Shown here: piece after piece, positions 47,632-56,026 of the stretch
How positions within the stretch are numbered: the first letter of the stretch is position 1
Layout of the letters: each line of letters starts with the position of its first letter
DNA from: Polyangiaceae bacterium
GTDB lineage: Bacteria; Myxococcota_A; Polyangia; Polyangiales; Polyangiaceae
Direction: 5' to 3'
Length of the DNA: 64,000 bases
Assembly: GCA_965222375.1 (NCBI GenBank)
Contig: CBDCTZ010000016.1
Span: 2,144,001 to 2,208,000, forward strand
Position numbers and translations under genes: made by a program
The notes under the pieces: generated by a model
Told to the model about the DNA's origin: nothing
Database searches by the model: none
Seen by the model: only the letters and a program-made list of their open reading frames with translations

Positions 47632-48588
47632 ATGCGGCTGGTGCCAGGTTCATACCGCGGGTTCACGTCCTGCCTCCTCGGGCTTGTCGGGCTGCACTGC
47701 ACTCTGCTTGCGCCGGATTCCGACGGCATCGTTGGTCAGGGGAAGAACGGAGGCGCGGGCACTGGGGGAATCTCGTCGGACGCTGGCGGGGACGCGGCTG
47801 CTGCCGCCGGTGGGTTCGACAGTAGCCTGGGTGGCGGAGCTGGGCTCGGCGGCGGAACCGGTGGCAGCGCTGGGGCCGGTGGTGATGCCAGCGACGCCGG
47901 TGACGCGTCCAGCGTTGGGATACCGGTGTCGGGACTCGTGCTTCACCTCGAAGCAGATAGTACTATCAGTAGCCCGGTCTCGCTCTGGGCAGACCTTTCC
48001 CCGGCTGGACACGATGCCGTGCAGTCCAACGCGAACAGGCAACCTCAGCTCACGTCAGTGGGGCTCTCGCATCCGGTTGTCGACCTGGATGGTGTGGACG
48101 ACTACCTCTTGCTCTCAACAGGGTTCGGCGACTTCAGCAAAGGATTGAGCGCGTTCATCCTCGCCCAGATGAACGACGTAGCGCACTACCACCTGCTGGA
48201 CTTGAATGTTAAAGGGAGTTCCGGGACGCTTCGATTCGGAACGATCGAGCCTGGAGAATTGCAGTACCGTGCGGGGGGCATCAAGTTTATCTCTGGCCCT
48301 TCGGCCTTCGCTGCGACTGCCCCGTTCCTGTTCTCCATCGTCCACGAGCCGACCGGGGACGCGGAAATGAGAGTGAACGGCAGTTTCGAGAAGAGCACGA
48401 AGATGCCGCTACCCAGTAATGGAGTCCACGATGAAAACTACATCGGCTTCCATGACGTGTCAGACAGTGCGCCCAGTGCGGACGGCTGGTACGGCGCGAT
48501 CATCATGTACAATCGGGCGGTAACGACCCAAGAACGAGCGCAAATCGAGTCCTACCTGGCAAAGAAGTGGGGATGCTGCGGAAACTAG
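47632..48588 (+). CDS. Lipoprotein (CTLLAPD N-terminus) with LamG/concanavalin-like domain
   Basis: GLHC lipobox, Gly linker, GLVLHLEAD, WADLS, DGVDDYL, IIMYNRA...IESYLAKKW. Confidence 0.8.
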   Translation: MRLVPGSYRGFTSCLLGLVGLHCTLLAPDSDGIVGQGKNGGAGTGGISSDAGGDAAAAAGGFDSSLGGGAGLGGGTGGSAGAGGDASDAGDASSVGIPVSGLVLHLEADSTISSPVSLWADLSPAGHDAVQSNANRQPQLTSVGLSHPVVDLDGVDDYLLLSTGFGDFSKGLSAFILAQMNDVAHYHLLDLNVKGSSGTLRFGTIEPGELQYRAGGIKFISGPSAFAATAPFLFSIVHEPTGDAEMRVNGSFEKSTKMPLPSNGVHDENYIGFHDVSDSAPSADGWYGAIIMYNRAVTTQERAQIESYLAKKWGCCGN

Positions 48589-48704
48589 GCCTGGGTTTCA
48601 GCAGTACCGCCCAGGCGAGGAGTGGCTTGCCTGGACCGGTTCTTGTTCCTCGTATGCTCGCGTTGGCTCAACGACCGCACCCCTCGACGCGCCGCGAGAC
48701 CCGC

Positions 48705-49769
48705 ATGACTACGAACTCCCTCACAATCTTCGTCGCCGCTCTTTTCATCGGATGCTCCGGAAGCTCTGATGGTGACCCGGGAGGCAGCTCGGGTGCAGCA
48801 GGGTCCTCGACCGGCGGGGGCTCCGGCGCCGCGGGTAGTGCAGCAGGTGGTGCGGGTGCGGGCGGAGCCGCCGGCAAGGCGGGCACGGGAGGTTCAGGTG
48901 GAAGTGCCGGAGCACCCGGGGGGACCGGCGGCGGCGCAGGTGGCCCATTCGTCAACTGCGCGATGCCCCCTGGCGCGGATAAGAGTGAGACTAAGTTTCT
49001 CGATTTCACAACGATCAGCGATCCCGTCAAGAGCCTGAATGGCAGCGGAGGCCTCTGGATTCGCACGGTGTTCCCGGTCGGGCCAGGCGAGCCTGGCGAC
49101 ATGGTTTCCGTGCCCGAAGGAGTCAAGTTGACCCTCGACGTCGCGTCCCTGCCATCGGGCGTATTGGATGCGAAGTACCGCGCCGAACTCCGAGAGCGCA
49201 ACATCAACACCTTTCCCCCGAACGGCACGACGCAGCTCTACCGTCGTCAGTTCGTCCGCGAGCAGCTGCCCTCCGTGATTTACGGAAAACTGCTGATCTT
49301 TCAGCGCTTCAATCGTGACAACGACGGCCCCGACTGCCACGTGACCCTCGTCGGTGAGCACCAATGGAAAGATGACACCAAGACTGGGTACATCTGGATC
49401 GACTGCGCTGGCGAGCGGACGCGGGACCAGCAAACATTCCTGAAGAGCAAGAACGATCTAGTCGTTGGGATCTACACGCATCCGACCAACGGCAAGTACA
49501 AGATCTCTCTGAACGGCAAGACTGTCGCGCAGGGTTCCGGCGTGGATACGAGCAGTGCGACCGCCGGTGGTTGGGTCCAATTCGGAACCTATTGGTCGGG
49601 GATGATCTACGGGAACGAAGCCCAGCGCAAAGAACAGGTCGCCAGTGGCGAGTCGGTCGCGTCCTTTACCGAGCACCGATTTGAGAAGCACTTCTACAAG
49701 GGCGATATCGACCTCAAGCCCGTCGAGAGCTACGATCCGAACGCTGTGGGCGGCTTCGTCTGCCCCTAG
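48705..49769 (+). CDS. Lipoprotein with jelly-roll polysaccharide-lyase-like domain
   Basis: FIGC lipobox, Gly linker, RAELRE, IFQ and FGTY resemble PL7/heparin-lyase-type motifs. Confidence 0.6.
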   Translation: MTTNSLTIFVAALFIGCSGSSDGDPGGSSGAAGSSTGGGSGAAGSAAGGAGAGGAAGKAGTGGSGGSAGAPGGTGGGAGGPFVNCAMPPGADKSETKFLDFTTISDPVKSLNGSGGLWIRTVFPVGPGEPGDMVSVPEGVKLTLDVASLPSGVLDAKYRAELRERNINTFPPNGTTQLYRRQFVREQLPSVIYGKLLIFQRFNRDNDGPDCHVTLVGEHQWKDDTKTGYIWIDCAGERTRDQQTFLKSKNDLVVGIYTHPTNGKYKISLNGKTVAQGSGVDTSSATAGGWVQFGTYWSGMIYGNEAQRKEQVASGESVASFTEHRFEKHFYKGDIDLKPVESYDPNAVGGFVCP

Positions 49770-49839
49770 CCGCCTGCGCGCGCCCCGAGGTAATCACCGC
49801 TCTCGACGCTCCAGTCGAACGGCAATCTGCGGCTGAGCA

Positions 49840-50679
49840 TCATTGCTCGGGCTCCTGGAAACACGCATCCAAGCCAGCGCAGGAACTCGCCTGGACCTGC
49901 GCGGCGCAGCCGTCTACCCATGCCGGGTCCTCGCACAACAGCGCGGCGCTATGTTCGGCACCACCCCAGCACTGCTCTTCACTGTCGACGATCAGCTGTG
50001 CGTTTTGGCCATTGCACGAGCTTCCGGGGCCACCCCCCGTGCCTCCCGTTCCGGGGTCCGCGCCAGGCACGTCGCATGACTGCTCCGTGCACGGGTTGCA
50101 TTGTCCTGCACCGTTGCACGCTGAGCAGGAGCTGGCGTCACTGCCGGCGTCGTATTGGCACAGATAGGTCCCTTGGGCGCTACCGCAGGGCTCCAGCGCG
50201 ATGAGCCATTGGTTCTGTTTCGCCAACGCCACGTAACAGAGCCCTTCGTCGCTCCACCACAGAGCGACGCTTCCGCCGTCATTGCCTTGCAGGAAGTTCA
50301 GCTTCTCGACGCTGCCGTCTTCATCAACGTCTTCGTCCAGGACACCCTGGTTGCCGTTCATCGGCGCTGACAGGTCCGCGCCGCCGACGACGCCTGGTGG
50401 AATGGTTATCCCGGCTGACTGGGCGGGGCTGACGCTACTCACAGGCGTCTTGCCAAGTTGGTCGAGCTTGGCGAGCTTGCCGTTGAGATTCTTGAGCAGC
50501 TTCTGCGCCTGTTCGGCGGTCTTGTTGGCGTTGTCGAGGGCTTTGTCCAGCTTCTCTTTGGTCGAACACCCTGCAGCGAGCCCCAACACTGCAATCGAGA
50601 CAGCGGCGCCGATCCACGTGGCAAGGCGATGGGTGTTCGGTTGTCGCTGGCGCGCCGACGACTTCGATAGTGTATTCAT
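49840..50679 (-). CDS. Cys-rich lipoprotein with N-terminal coiled coil
   Basis: GGAG RBS, AAGC lipobox, coiled-coil segment, more than 12 Cys. Confidence 0.7.
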   Translation of the reverse strand: MNTLSKSSARQRQPNTHRLATWIGAAVSIAVLGLAAGCSTKEKLDKALDNANKTAEQAQKLLKNLNGKLAKLDQLGKTPVSSVSPAQSAGITIPPGVVGGADLSAPMNGNQGVLDEDVDEDGSVEKLNFLQGNDGGSVALWWSDEGLCYVALAKQNQWLIALEPCGSAQGTYLCQYDAGSDASSCSACNGAGQCNPCTEQSCDVPGADPGTGGTGGGPGSSCNGQNAQLIVDSEEQCWGGAEHSAALLCEDPAWVDGCAAQVQASSCAGLDACFQEPEQ

Positions 50680-50858
50680 GGCCACTCCTTTTTCCGCGGC
50701 GCAGGAGTAGTGCCCAGGCAACCGGAGAGCCAATTACACCTCCTTACAAGTGCTCACGGGTGCCGCGCGTTGGCGCCGGCAGGGCCTGTAGGCGTAATCT
50801 GATGTAACTAGCAGCGCAGCTCACCGCCAAATAGCCTGACCGTGAAGGAAGGCGGGTC

Positions 50859-51749
50859 ATGCGTTTGGAGACGGGTAGTTTGGTTGCAGGGCGCCCTCGC
50901 GCCGAACGCCTCATTGCGGCCGGCGGAATGGGCGTCGTTTGGTCGGCGTCAGACATCCTGCTGAAGCGACGGGTAGCGTTGAAGATGTTGCACCCTGCCT
51001 GGGAAGACCGTTCTGAAGCCGTCCCCCAGTTATTGAACGAAGCTCGCATCACGGCGTCCTTTCGCAGCGAGTACGTTCCACGGGTTTCCGATGTGGGCTG
51101 GACCGAAGCTGGGTTCCCATTCGTCAGTATCGAGCATCTTGCGGGAACAGATCTGCGCACACTACTTGGGCGTCGCGGTCGATTTGGCATGGAAGAATCC
51201 GTGGACCTGGTTCTGCAGGTCTCCCGCGCTCTGGCGGAGATCCACGGAACGGGCTTTGCCCATCGAGACGTGAAGCCCGAGAACATCGTCGTCAGCGAAC
51301 AGTCTGGCGGCGGCGCTGCGGTCAAGCTCGTCGACTTTGGGATAGCGCGTCCGCTCTTCGATGTGGGGCCAGAGCGCATGTCTGCGGGGTCCCCGGACTA
51401 CATGTCCCCCGAGCAACTGTTGGGGCAGCAGGTGGACGCCCGCAACGACATTTGGTCGCTCGGCGTGGTGCTGTACGAACTCTTGAACGCGACCCTTCCT
51501 TTTGACGACCATTGCGACGCTGCGGTGCACACCCGGATCCTGAACTCGCTGCCGCGCCCGATGCGGCGGGTGATTCCTCAACAATTGAGTGCCGTGATAA
51601 GCGATGCTCTGCAGAAGAAATTGCAGGCCCGGATCGCGAACGTTGCGAGCATGGCGATGCGGCTGAAGCCCTCTGCGACCGCATTGGGCAGAGCCAATGC
51701 TGACGCCGCCTGCGCCACCTTTCGGCAGTACGGAGGATTGCCGTCATAG
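50859..51749 (+). CDS. Ser/Thr protein kinase (catalytic domain only)
   Basis: AAGGMGVV, VALKML, HRDVKPEN, DFGIA, GSPDYMSPEQ. Confidence 0.9.
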   Translation: MRLETGSLVAGRPRAERLIAAGGMGVVWSASDILLKRRVALKMLHPAWEDRSEAVPQLLNEARITASFRSEYVPRVSDVGWTEAGFPFVSIEHLAGTDLRTLLGRRGRFGMEESVDLVLQVSRALAEIHGTGFAHRDVKPENIVVSEQSGGGAAVKLVDFGIARPLFDVGPERMSAGSPDYMSPEQLLGQQVDARNDIWSLGVVLYELLNATLPFDDHCDAAVHTRILNSLPRPMRRVIPQQLSAVISDALQKKLQARIANVASMAMRLKPSATALGRANADAACATFRQYGGLPS

Positions 51750-52013
51750 ACCGGCACAAGCTGCACGCGTTCAGCGGCCCACCGAGATGTGATGGGGTGG
51801 CTCGTGACCTGGTAGGTAGCCGCCGAGGCGTCTTTCGGATGCGGAGGGCTGCCATGGTGGCCGTTCTGCATACGGTGTTCGCTTGGGCGCCGGACGCGCG
51901 AGCGATGGCTTTGCGCGAGGCGACAGTGGCTGTCTCCTCATTAACGAGGTCACCGGAAACCGGGCCTCAATCAACAGACGCGCTCAAAGGCGCAGTGATT
52001 AGAGGAGACAGCC

Positions 52014-53042
52014 ATGGAGCATATTGGAGTCGATCTGGGTGGAAAACAATCGCAGGTGTGTGTGCGGGCCGCGGACGAAGGAATTCTGCTGGAGAAGAGG
52101 ATCGCGACCAGCAGTTTGATGTGCTTCTTTCAGCACCAGCCCAAGAGCCGAATTGTACTGGAAACGTGTTCGGAAGCATTCCGAGTCGCCGACTGGGCTC
52201 TGGAATGTGGACACGAGGTGCGTGTGGTCCCAGCAACGTTGGTGCGCAGTTTGGGGGTCGGGGCTCGAGGCATCAAGACCGACCGGCGCGATGCGCAGGT
52301 CCTCAGCGAAGTCTCGTGCCGTATCGACTTGCCATCGGTGCACATCCCGGCGGAGCAGGCTCGCGACAGACGCACGATGTGCGCAATGCGCGAGCAACTG
52401 CTTGGTGCACGCACGGCATTGGCAAATGCAGTGCAAGGCTGGAGGCGTACGCAACTGTTGAAAATGTGCTCCGGCGAGCCCACGACCTTGCCCACACGCC
52501 TCCGCGCTGCAGCCCTCGCTCATCCCGATGGATTGCCGCAGCACGTCGAGCGTCTTTTGCAGGCCATCGAAGCTCTCAACGTGCAGATCAAGGAAGCCAA
52601 CGAGGAGCTCAGGGCCCTGGCGAAGAAGGACCCAGTCTGTCAGCGTCTCATGACGGTGCCCGGTATCGGTCCGGCAACCAGCATGCGCTTTGTGGCAGCA
52701 CTCGACGACAGGACACGTTTTCCGAGCGCTCACTCTGTCGAAGCCTTTCTTGGGCTGACTCCGGGCGAGAAATCCAGCGGCGATCGTCAGCAACGGCTCG
52801 GGATCACCAAGGCCGGACCGGCGATGGTGCGCACCAACTTGGTGCAGGCGGCGTGGACCTTTCGGCGTACACGGCCCAACGACCCAATGTCCAAGTGGGC
52901 AGAGCAAATCGAGCAACGCCGTGGCAAATTCATCGCTACCGTGGCGTTGGCCCGCAAACTAGCTGGCGTGCTCTTCGCGTTGTGGCGCGACGGCTCTGTA
53001 TACGAGCTCAACCATCGAAAGGCAGCGCAAACCGTGGCGTAG
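52014..53042 (+). CDS. IS110 family transposase (DEDD recombinase)
   Basis: IGVDLG, VLET, KTDRRDA (DEDD); TVPGIG, GLTPGEKSSG (catalytic Ser region), ITKAG, VALARKL; GAGGAG RBS. Confidence 0.97.
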   Translation: MEHIGVDLGGKQSQVCVRAADEGILLEKRIATSSLMCFFQHQPKSRIVLETCSEAFRVADWALECGHEVRVVPATLVRSLGVGARGIKTDRRDAQVLSEVSCRIDLPSVHIPAEQARDRRTMCAMREQLLGARTALANAVQGWRRTQLLKMCSGEPTTLPTRLRAAALAHPDGLPQHVERLLQAIEALNVQIKEANEELRALAKKDPVCQRLMTVPGIGPATSMRFVAALDDRTRFPSAHSVEAFLGLTPGEKSSGDRQQRLGITKAGPAMVRTNLVQAAWTFRRTRPNDPMSKWAEQIEQRRGKFIATVALARKLAGVLFALWRDGSVYELNHRKAAQTVA

Positions 53043-53057
53043 AAAACCTCCAGACTC

Positions 53058-53333
53058 CGGCAGCCCACAAGGTTGACCTGAGAAAGCCAATCAACGGCTG
53101 TCCAGAGGCGGTGAGCGCGTTACTCTCGCTCCAGGCGTCCAGCGAAAGCTGGCCACGACCTTGTCACGGCGATTGCGCCCCGCCAACGGACCTCCACCTA
53201 TGCGCCATTGCGAGCGCGAATAGTCGATTCAGACAGCCCGTTCTTGGTTTCCTCGTCTTCCGACAAGCCACGACCGCGAATAGTCGATTCAGACAGCCTG
53301 AGCTGGACTTTCTCCCCAACCAACGCGCTGCCG
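53058..53333 (+). ncRNA. Predicted bridge/seek RNA of the IS110 element
   Basis: Nested complementary segments (CGGCAGC/GCTGCCG, GGCTGTC/GACAGCC, GGCGG..GCGC/GCGC..CCGCC, CCAGC-GAAA-GCTGG); loop sequences match the flanking target and the IS end; boundaries approximate. Confidence 0.75.
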
Positions 53334-53451
53334 ACGAAGAACTCCCCTCTACCTCAGGGCGACGGACCACTTTGTTCTGGACGGACAGGCCACCCCATAG
53401 TCGAGAGTAGCGGCCCTACCTGCCCAAACGCCGCGACCCCAACCAAACCCA

Positions 53452-53489
53452 CAAAAGAGAAAAGGCCCGGCTCTTTCGAGCCCGGGCCT
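53452..53489 (-). terminator. Rho-independent terminator of the RRM gene
   Basis: Minus strand AGGCCCGGGCTC-GAAA-GAGCCGGGCCT followed by TTTTCTCTTTT. Confidence 0.85.
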
Positions 53490-53510
53490 CAGTTTCTCGT
53501 TGCGCGAAGC

Positions 53511-53873
53511 TTACCAGTCGTCTCGGCGACCACCGCCGCCACCACGTCCGCCGCGTCCACCGCCGCGTCCGCCGCCTCCGCCACCACCGCGGAAGCCGCC
53601 ACCGCCGCCGCCGCCACCACGCGGGCGTCGCTCTTCGGCTTCGTTCACACGCAAGGCGCGCCCCTCTAGGTCGGTGCCATTCATGGCATCCATCGCCTTG
53701 CGTGCATCTTCGGGTGTGGCCATCTGTACGAAGGCAAAGCCCCGCGAACGTCCTGTTTCGCGGTCCAGAATCAGCTTCACCTCTGCAACTTCACCGAACT
53801 CGGCGAAGGTGCGCTGCAATGTATCTTCAGTCGTGTGGAATGCCAGGTTCCCGACGTATAGCTTCGTGCTCAT
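53511..53873 (-). CDS. RRM RNA-binding protein with Gly/Arg-rich tail
   Basis: KLYVGNL (RNP2), RGFAFVQM (RNP1), LRVNEA, RGG tail. Confidence 0.95.
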   Translation of the reverse strand: MSTKLYVGNLAFHTTEDTLQRTFAEFGEVAEVKLILDRETGRSRGFAFVQMATPEDARKAMDAMNGTDLEGRALRVNEAEERRPRGGGGGGGGFRGGGGGGGRGGGRGGRGGGGGRRDDW

Positions 53874-54196
53874 CTACCAACTCGTTCTTTGCTTGCGACT
53901 CTCGGAGAACCCGTGGCCGGGTATATTGGGACCTTTCAATCAGATGAGCCGCAGCTCCGAACGAAGGGTTCTAGCCTGAATGCTAGACTGGTCGCTCGTC
54001 GCCGGTGAGAGCCCCCTCAACCAAGAGGCGGGGATAGCTAGATCCAAGGCCCCAGAAACGTTCGCCCGTCCCGGATCTTCGCCCAGCCTGGCCGGCGCGC
54101 AAGGCGAAGATGAAAATTCAGCTAAATCCCTAGGATTCAACGAGTTTCTCCCGGCGATTTGGCCCCGTGCGGAGCCCGCAGCCCGGATCTCACCCT

Positions 54197-54982
54197 TTAG
54201 CCGACGCGATAACCAGTAACCAGCGCCTGCGCCAGCAGTCCCCAACCGTCCACCGCCACAAACAGCAGCAGCTTGAAGGGTAGGCTCACTTGAGTGGGAT
54301 TCATCATCTGCATGCCGAGCGCGAGCAATACGTTCGAGACGACGAGATCGATGATCAGAAAAGGCAAATAGATAGCGAAGCCCAAGGCGAAGGCCTCGAT
54401 CAGTTCGCTGATGACGAAAGCCGGAATCAAGACCACGAAGTCGTCGCGGCCAACGGCGCTGCGTTCGGCTTCCGGGCGCGCCATTCGAGCGATCTCGTAG
54501 AAGCGACTGCGCTCCCGCTCGGATGCGTTTGCCTTGAGAAAGTTGCGCAAGGGCCCACTCGTCGCGTCTACCAATCCACTGACGAGGGCGCTGGTGTCTT
54601 CGGTCTTGCCGTTCAGCAGCGGGCCGGCCCGATCTGCGATGCGAGAGCCGACTGGTGCCATGGCAAGCAGCGTCAGGGACGCGGACAGAGCCATGATCAC
54701 GGTATTGGAGGGTACGTTCTGTGCGCCGATGGCGCCTCGGACGATCTGCAGCACGGTGGAGATCTTCACGAATGCCGTCAGGGTCATGAACGCGAAGGGC
54801 AGCAGGGTGACCAGGGCGAGAGCGACAACTAACGCGACCGGACGGGTCAAGAGATCGTCGGCTGCTTTGGCTGGTTGGGCTGTGGCCAGGGTCGGGCTCA
54901 GCACAGCCACGAAAAACGCCCCGCTACTCATCAGCGCGCGGTGGATCTTCGCCCGAGGGCGGGTCTTTGGCTGGCTCCCCAT
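54197..54982 (-). CDS. fliP: FliP/SctR family type III export-gate protein
   Basis: TAFVKISTVL...RGAIGAQNVPSN, PAFVISEL..AF..GF.IYLPFLIIDLVVSNVLLALGM, SLPFKLLLFV.VDGW; start uncertain. Confidence 0.88.
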   Translation of the reverse strand: MGSQPKTRPRAKIHRALMSSGAFFVAVLSPTLATAQPAKAADDLLTRPVALVVALALVTLLPFAFMTLTAFVKISTVLQIVRGAIGAQNVPSNTVIMALSASLTLLAMAPVGSRIADRAGPLLNGKTEDTSALVSGLVDATSGPLRNFLKANASERERSRFYEIARMARPEAERSAVGRDDFVVLIPAFVISELIEAFALGFAIYLPFLIIDLVVSNVLLALGMQMMNPTQVSLPFKLLLFVAVDGWGLLAQALVTGYRVG

Positions 54983-55105
54983 CAGCGTTCGGCGCGAGCC
55001 TAGGCCCCCGAGCCCATGGAGGGGAAGGCATCCGGGAAATCGCCCGGGATTTCCGAAGCCTGGCGCGGGAAGTTCCGCCTCCCTGGCGACGTAAGGGGGG
55101 GCGAG

Positions 55106-55492
55106 ATGGGACACGTGCGCGCGCTGGCTGCTCTGGATCTGATTCTGGCCACGCTCTTCCTCATCGGCGGTGCGTGCTTCTTCGGGTTCTACGCGTTGGG
55201 TGCACACTTGGCGCCGGAGCCGTGGCTGGAGAGCCTGCTGCTCGGGGTGGGCGCCATCGCGGGCGCAGCCTTGATGGCGCTTGGGGTCTTGCTGGGATTG
55301 GCTGGTGCGCTGCTGTTAGGCGGCCCAAGGCCCTCGAGCCGCTTGGTTCAAACCGTGTCGGTGGCCCCGCACATCATCAACATGCCCTTCGGCACGGCGT
55401 TCGCCCTGTACGCGATTTGGGTGTGTTGGATGAACGAACCCACCAAGACTCTGTTCGAGAAGCCTCCGGAACCGTTGCCCTTCAGCGCGTAG
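55106..55492 (+). CDS. Small hypothetical membrane protein
   Basis: Three to four hydrophobic segments, PFGTAFALYAIWV. Confidence 0.6.
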   Translation: MGHVRALAALDLILATLFLIGGACFFGFYALGAHLAPEPWLESLLLGVGAIAGAALMALGVLLGLAGALLLGGPRPSSRLVQTVSVAPHIINMPFGTAFALYAIWVCWMNEPTKTLFEKPPEPLPFSA

Positions 55493-55515
55493 CTCGCCGA
55501 TGCGCGTTGCCGGCG

Positions 55516-55965
55516 TCAGGCGGCGCTGTTGCGATGGCGCTTGCCATCTTCGGAAGGTCCAGAACCTTCCTCGTCGCTTTGGGCGGCGTCATCCTGTGGC
55601 AGGATGCTCTCGGTTTCGTCGCCCTCCGGCGAGTCCGAGCTGCGCTTGTTGAGCACGCGGCTGAGCACTTCGGAAAACGCGTTACTGGTTTCGGCGGGAG
55701 CGGTCAGCTCCATGCCTTCGTCGTTCAGCTCGCCGAGCTTGGACAAGCCTGCTTCGCTGCCGCCGACGACGAAGACCTTGGCGCCGACACGCACCAGGTA
55801 GATGGCGCGCCGCCCGTCCAGTGGGAGGCGCCCCACCAAAGACAAGGGCCCGCCAGGTTTGCCCACGCCGACGCGTCGCGCGGCATACAGCACCAACACC
55901 GCCAGGGCGATGATCGCGAGCAACGTGACCGTGGTTTCCACCACGTAGCGGGCAACTGGTGACAT
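55516..55965 (-). CDS. FliO-like protein
   Basis: Single TM then LSLVGRLPLDGRRAIYLVRVGAKVFVVGGSEAGLSKLGEL, the FliO pattern; lies upstream of fliP. Confidence 0.75.
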   Translation of the reverse strand: MSPVARYVVETTVTLLAIIALAVLVLYAARRVGVGKPGGPLSLVGRLPLDGRRAIYLVRVGAKVFVVGGSEAGLSKLGELNDEGMELTAPAETSNAFSEVLSRVLNKRSSDSPEGDETESILPQDDAAQSDEEGSGPSEDGKRHRNSAA

Positions 55966-56026
55966 CCCGCGGCCAGCCTTGCCACGGCGCTCCAGCCCCG
56001 ACAACTCGCCAAGCGTGGTTTCCGGG

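Larger units (their letters stand above)
51783..53406 (+). mobile_element. IS110-family insertion sequence, IS1111-type
   Basis: Subterminal IRs ATGGGGTGGC (51792-51801) / GCCACCCCAT (53389-53398); CGAGA at both junctions (51783-51787, 53402-53406); transposase plus long 3' non-coding region. Confidence 0.9.

Noticed and set aside
53215..53298. 24-bp repeat with 36-bp spacer as a mini CRISPR array
   Set aside because: Only two copies, no cas genes, lies inside the IS and matches the IS end; better explained as a bridge-RNA module
51797..53410. 537-aa plus-strand ORF spanning the IS, and 305-aa antisense ORF 51999-52916
   Set aside because: Alternative-frame shadows of the transposase in GC-rich DNA with no recognisable motifs
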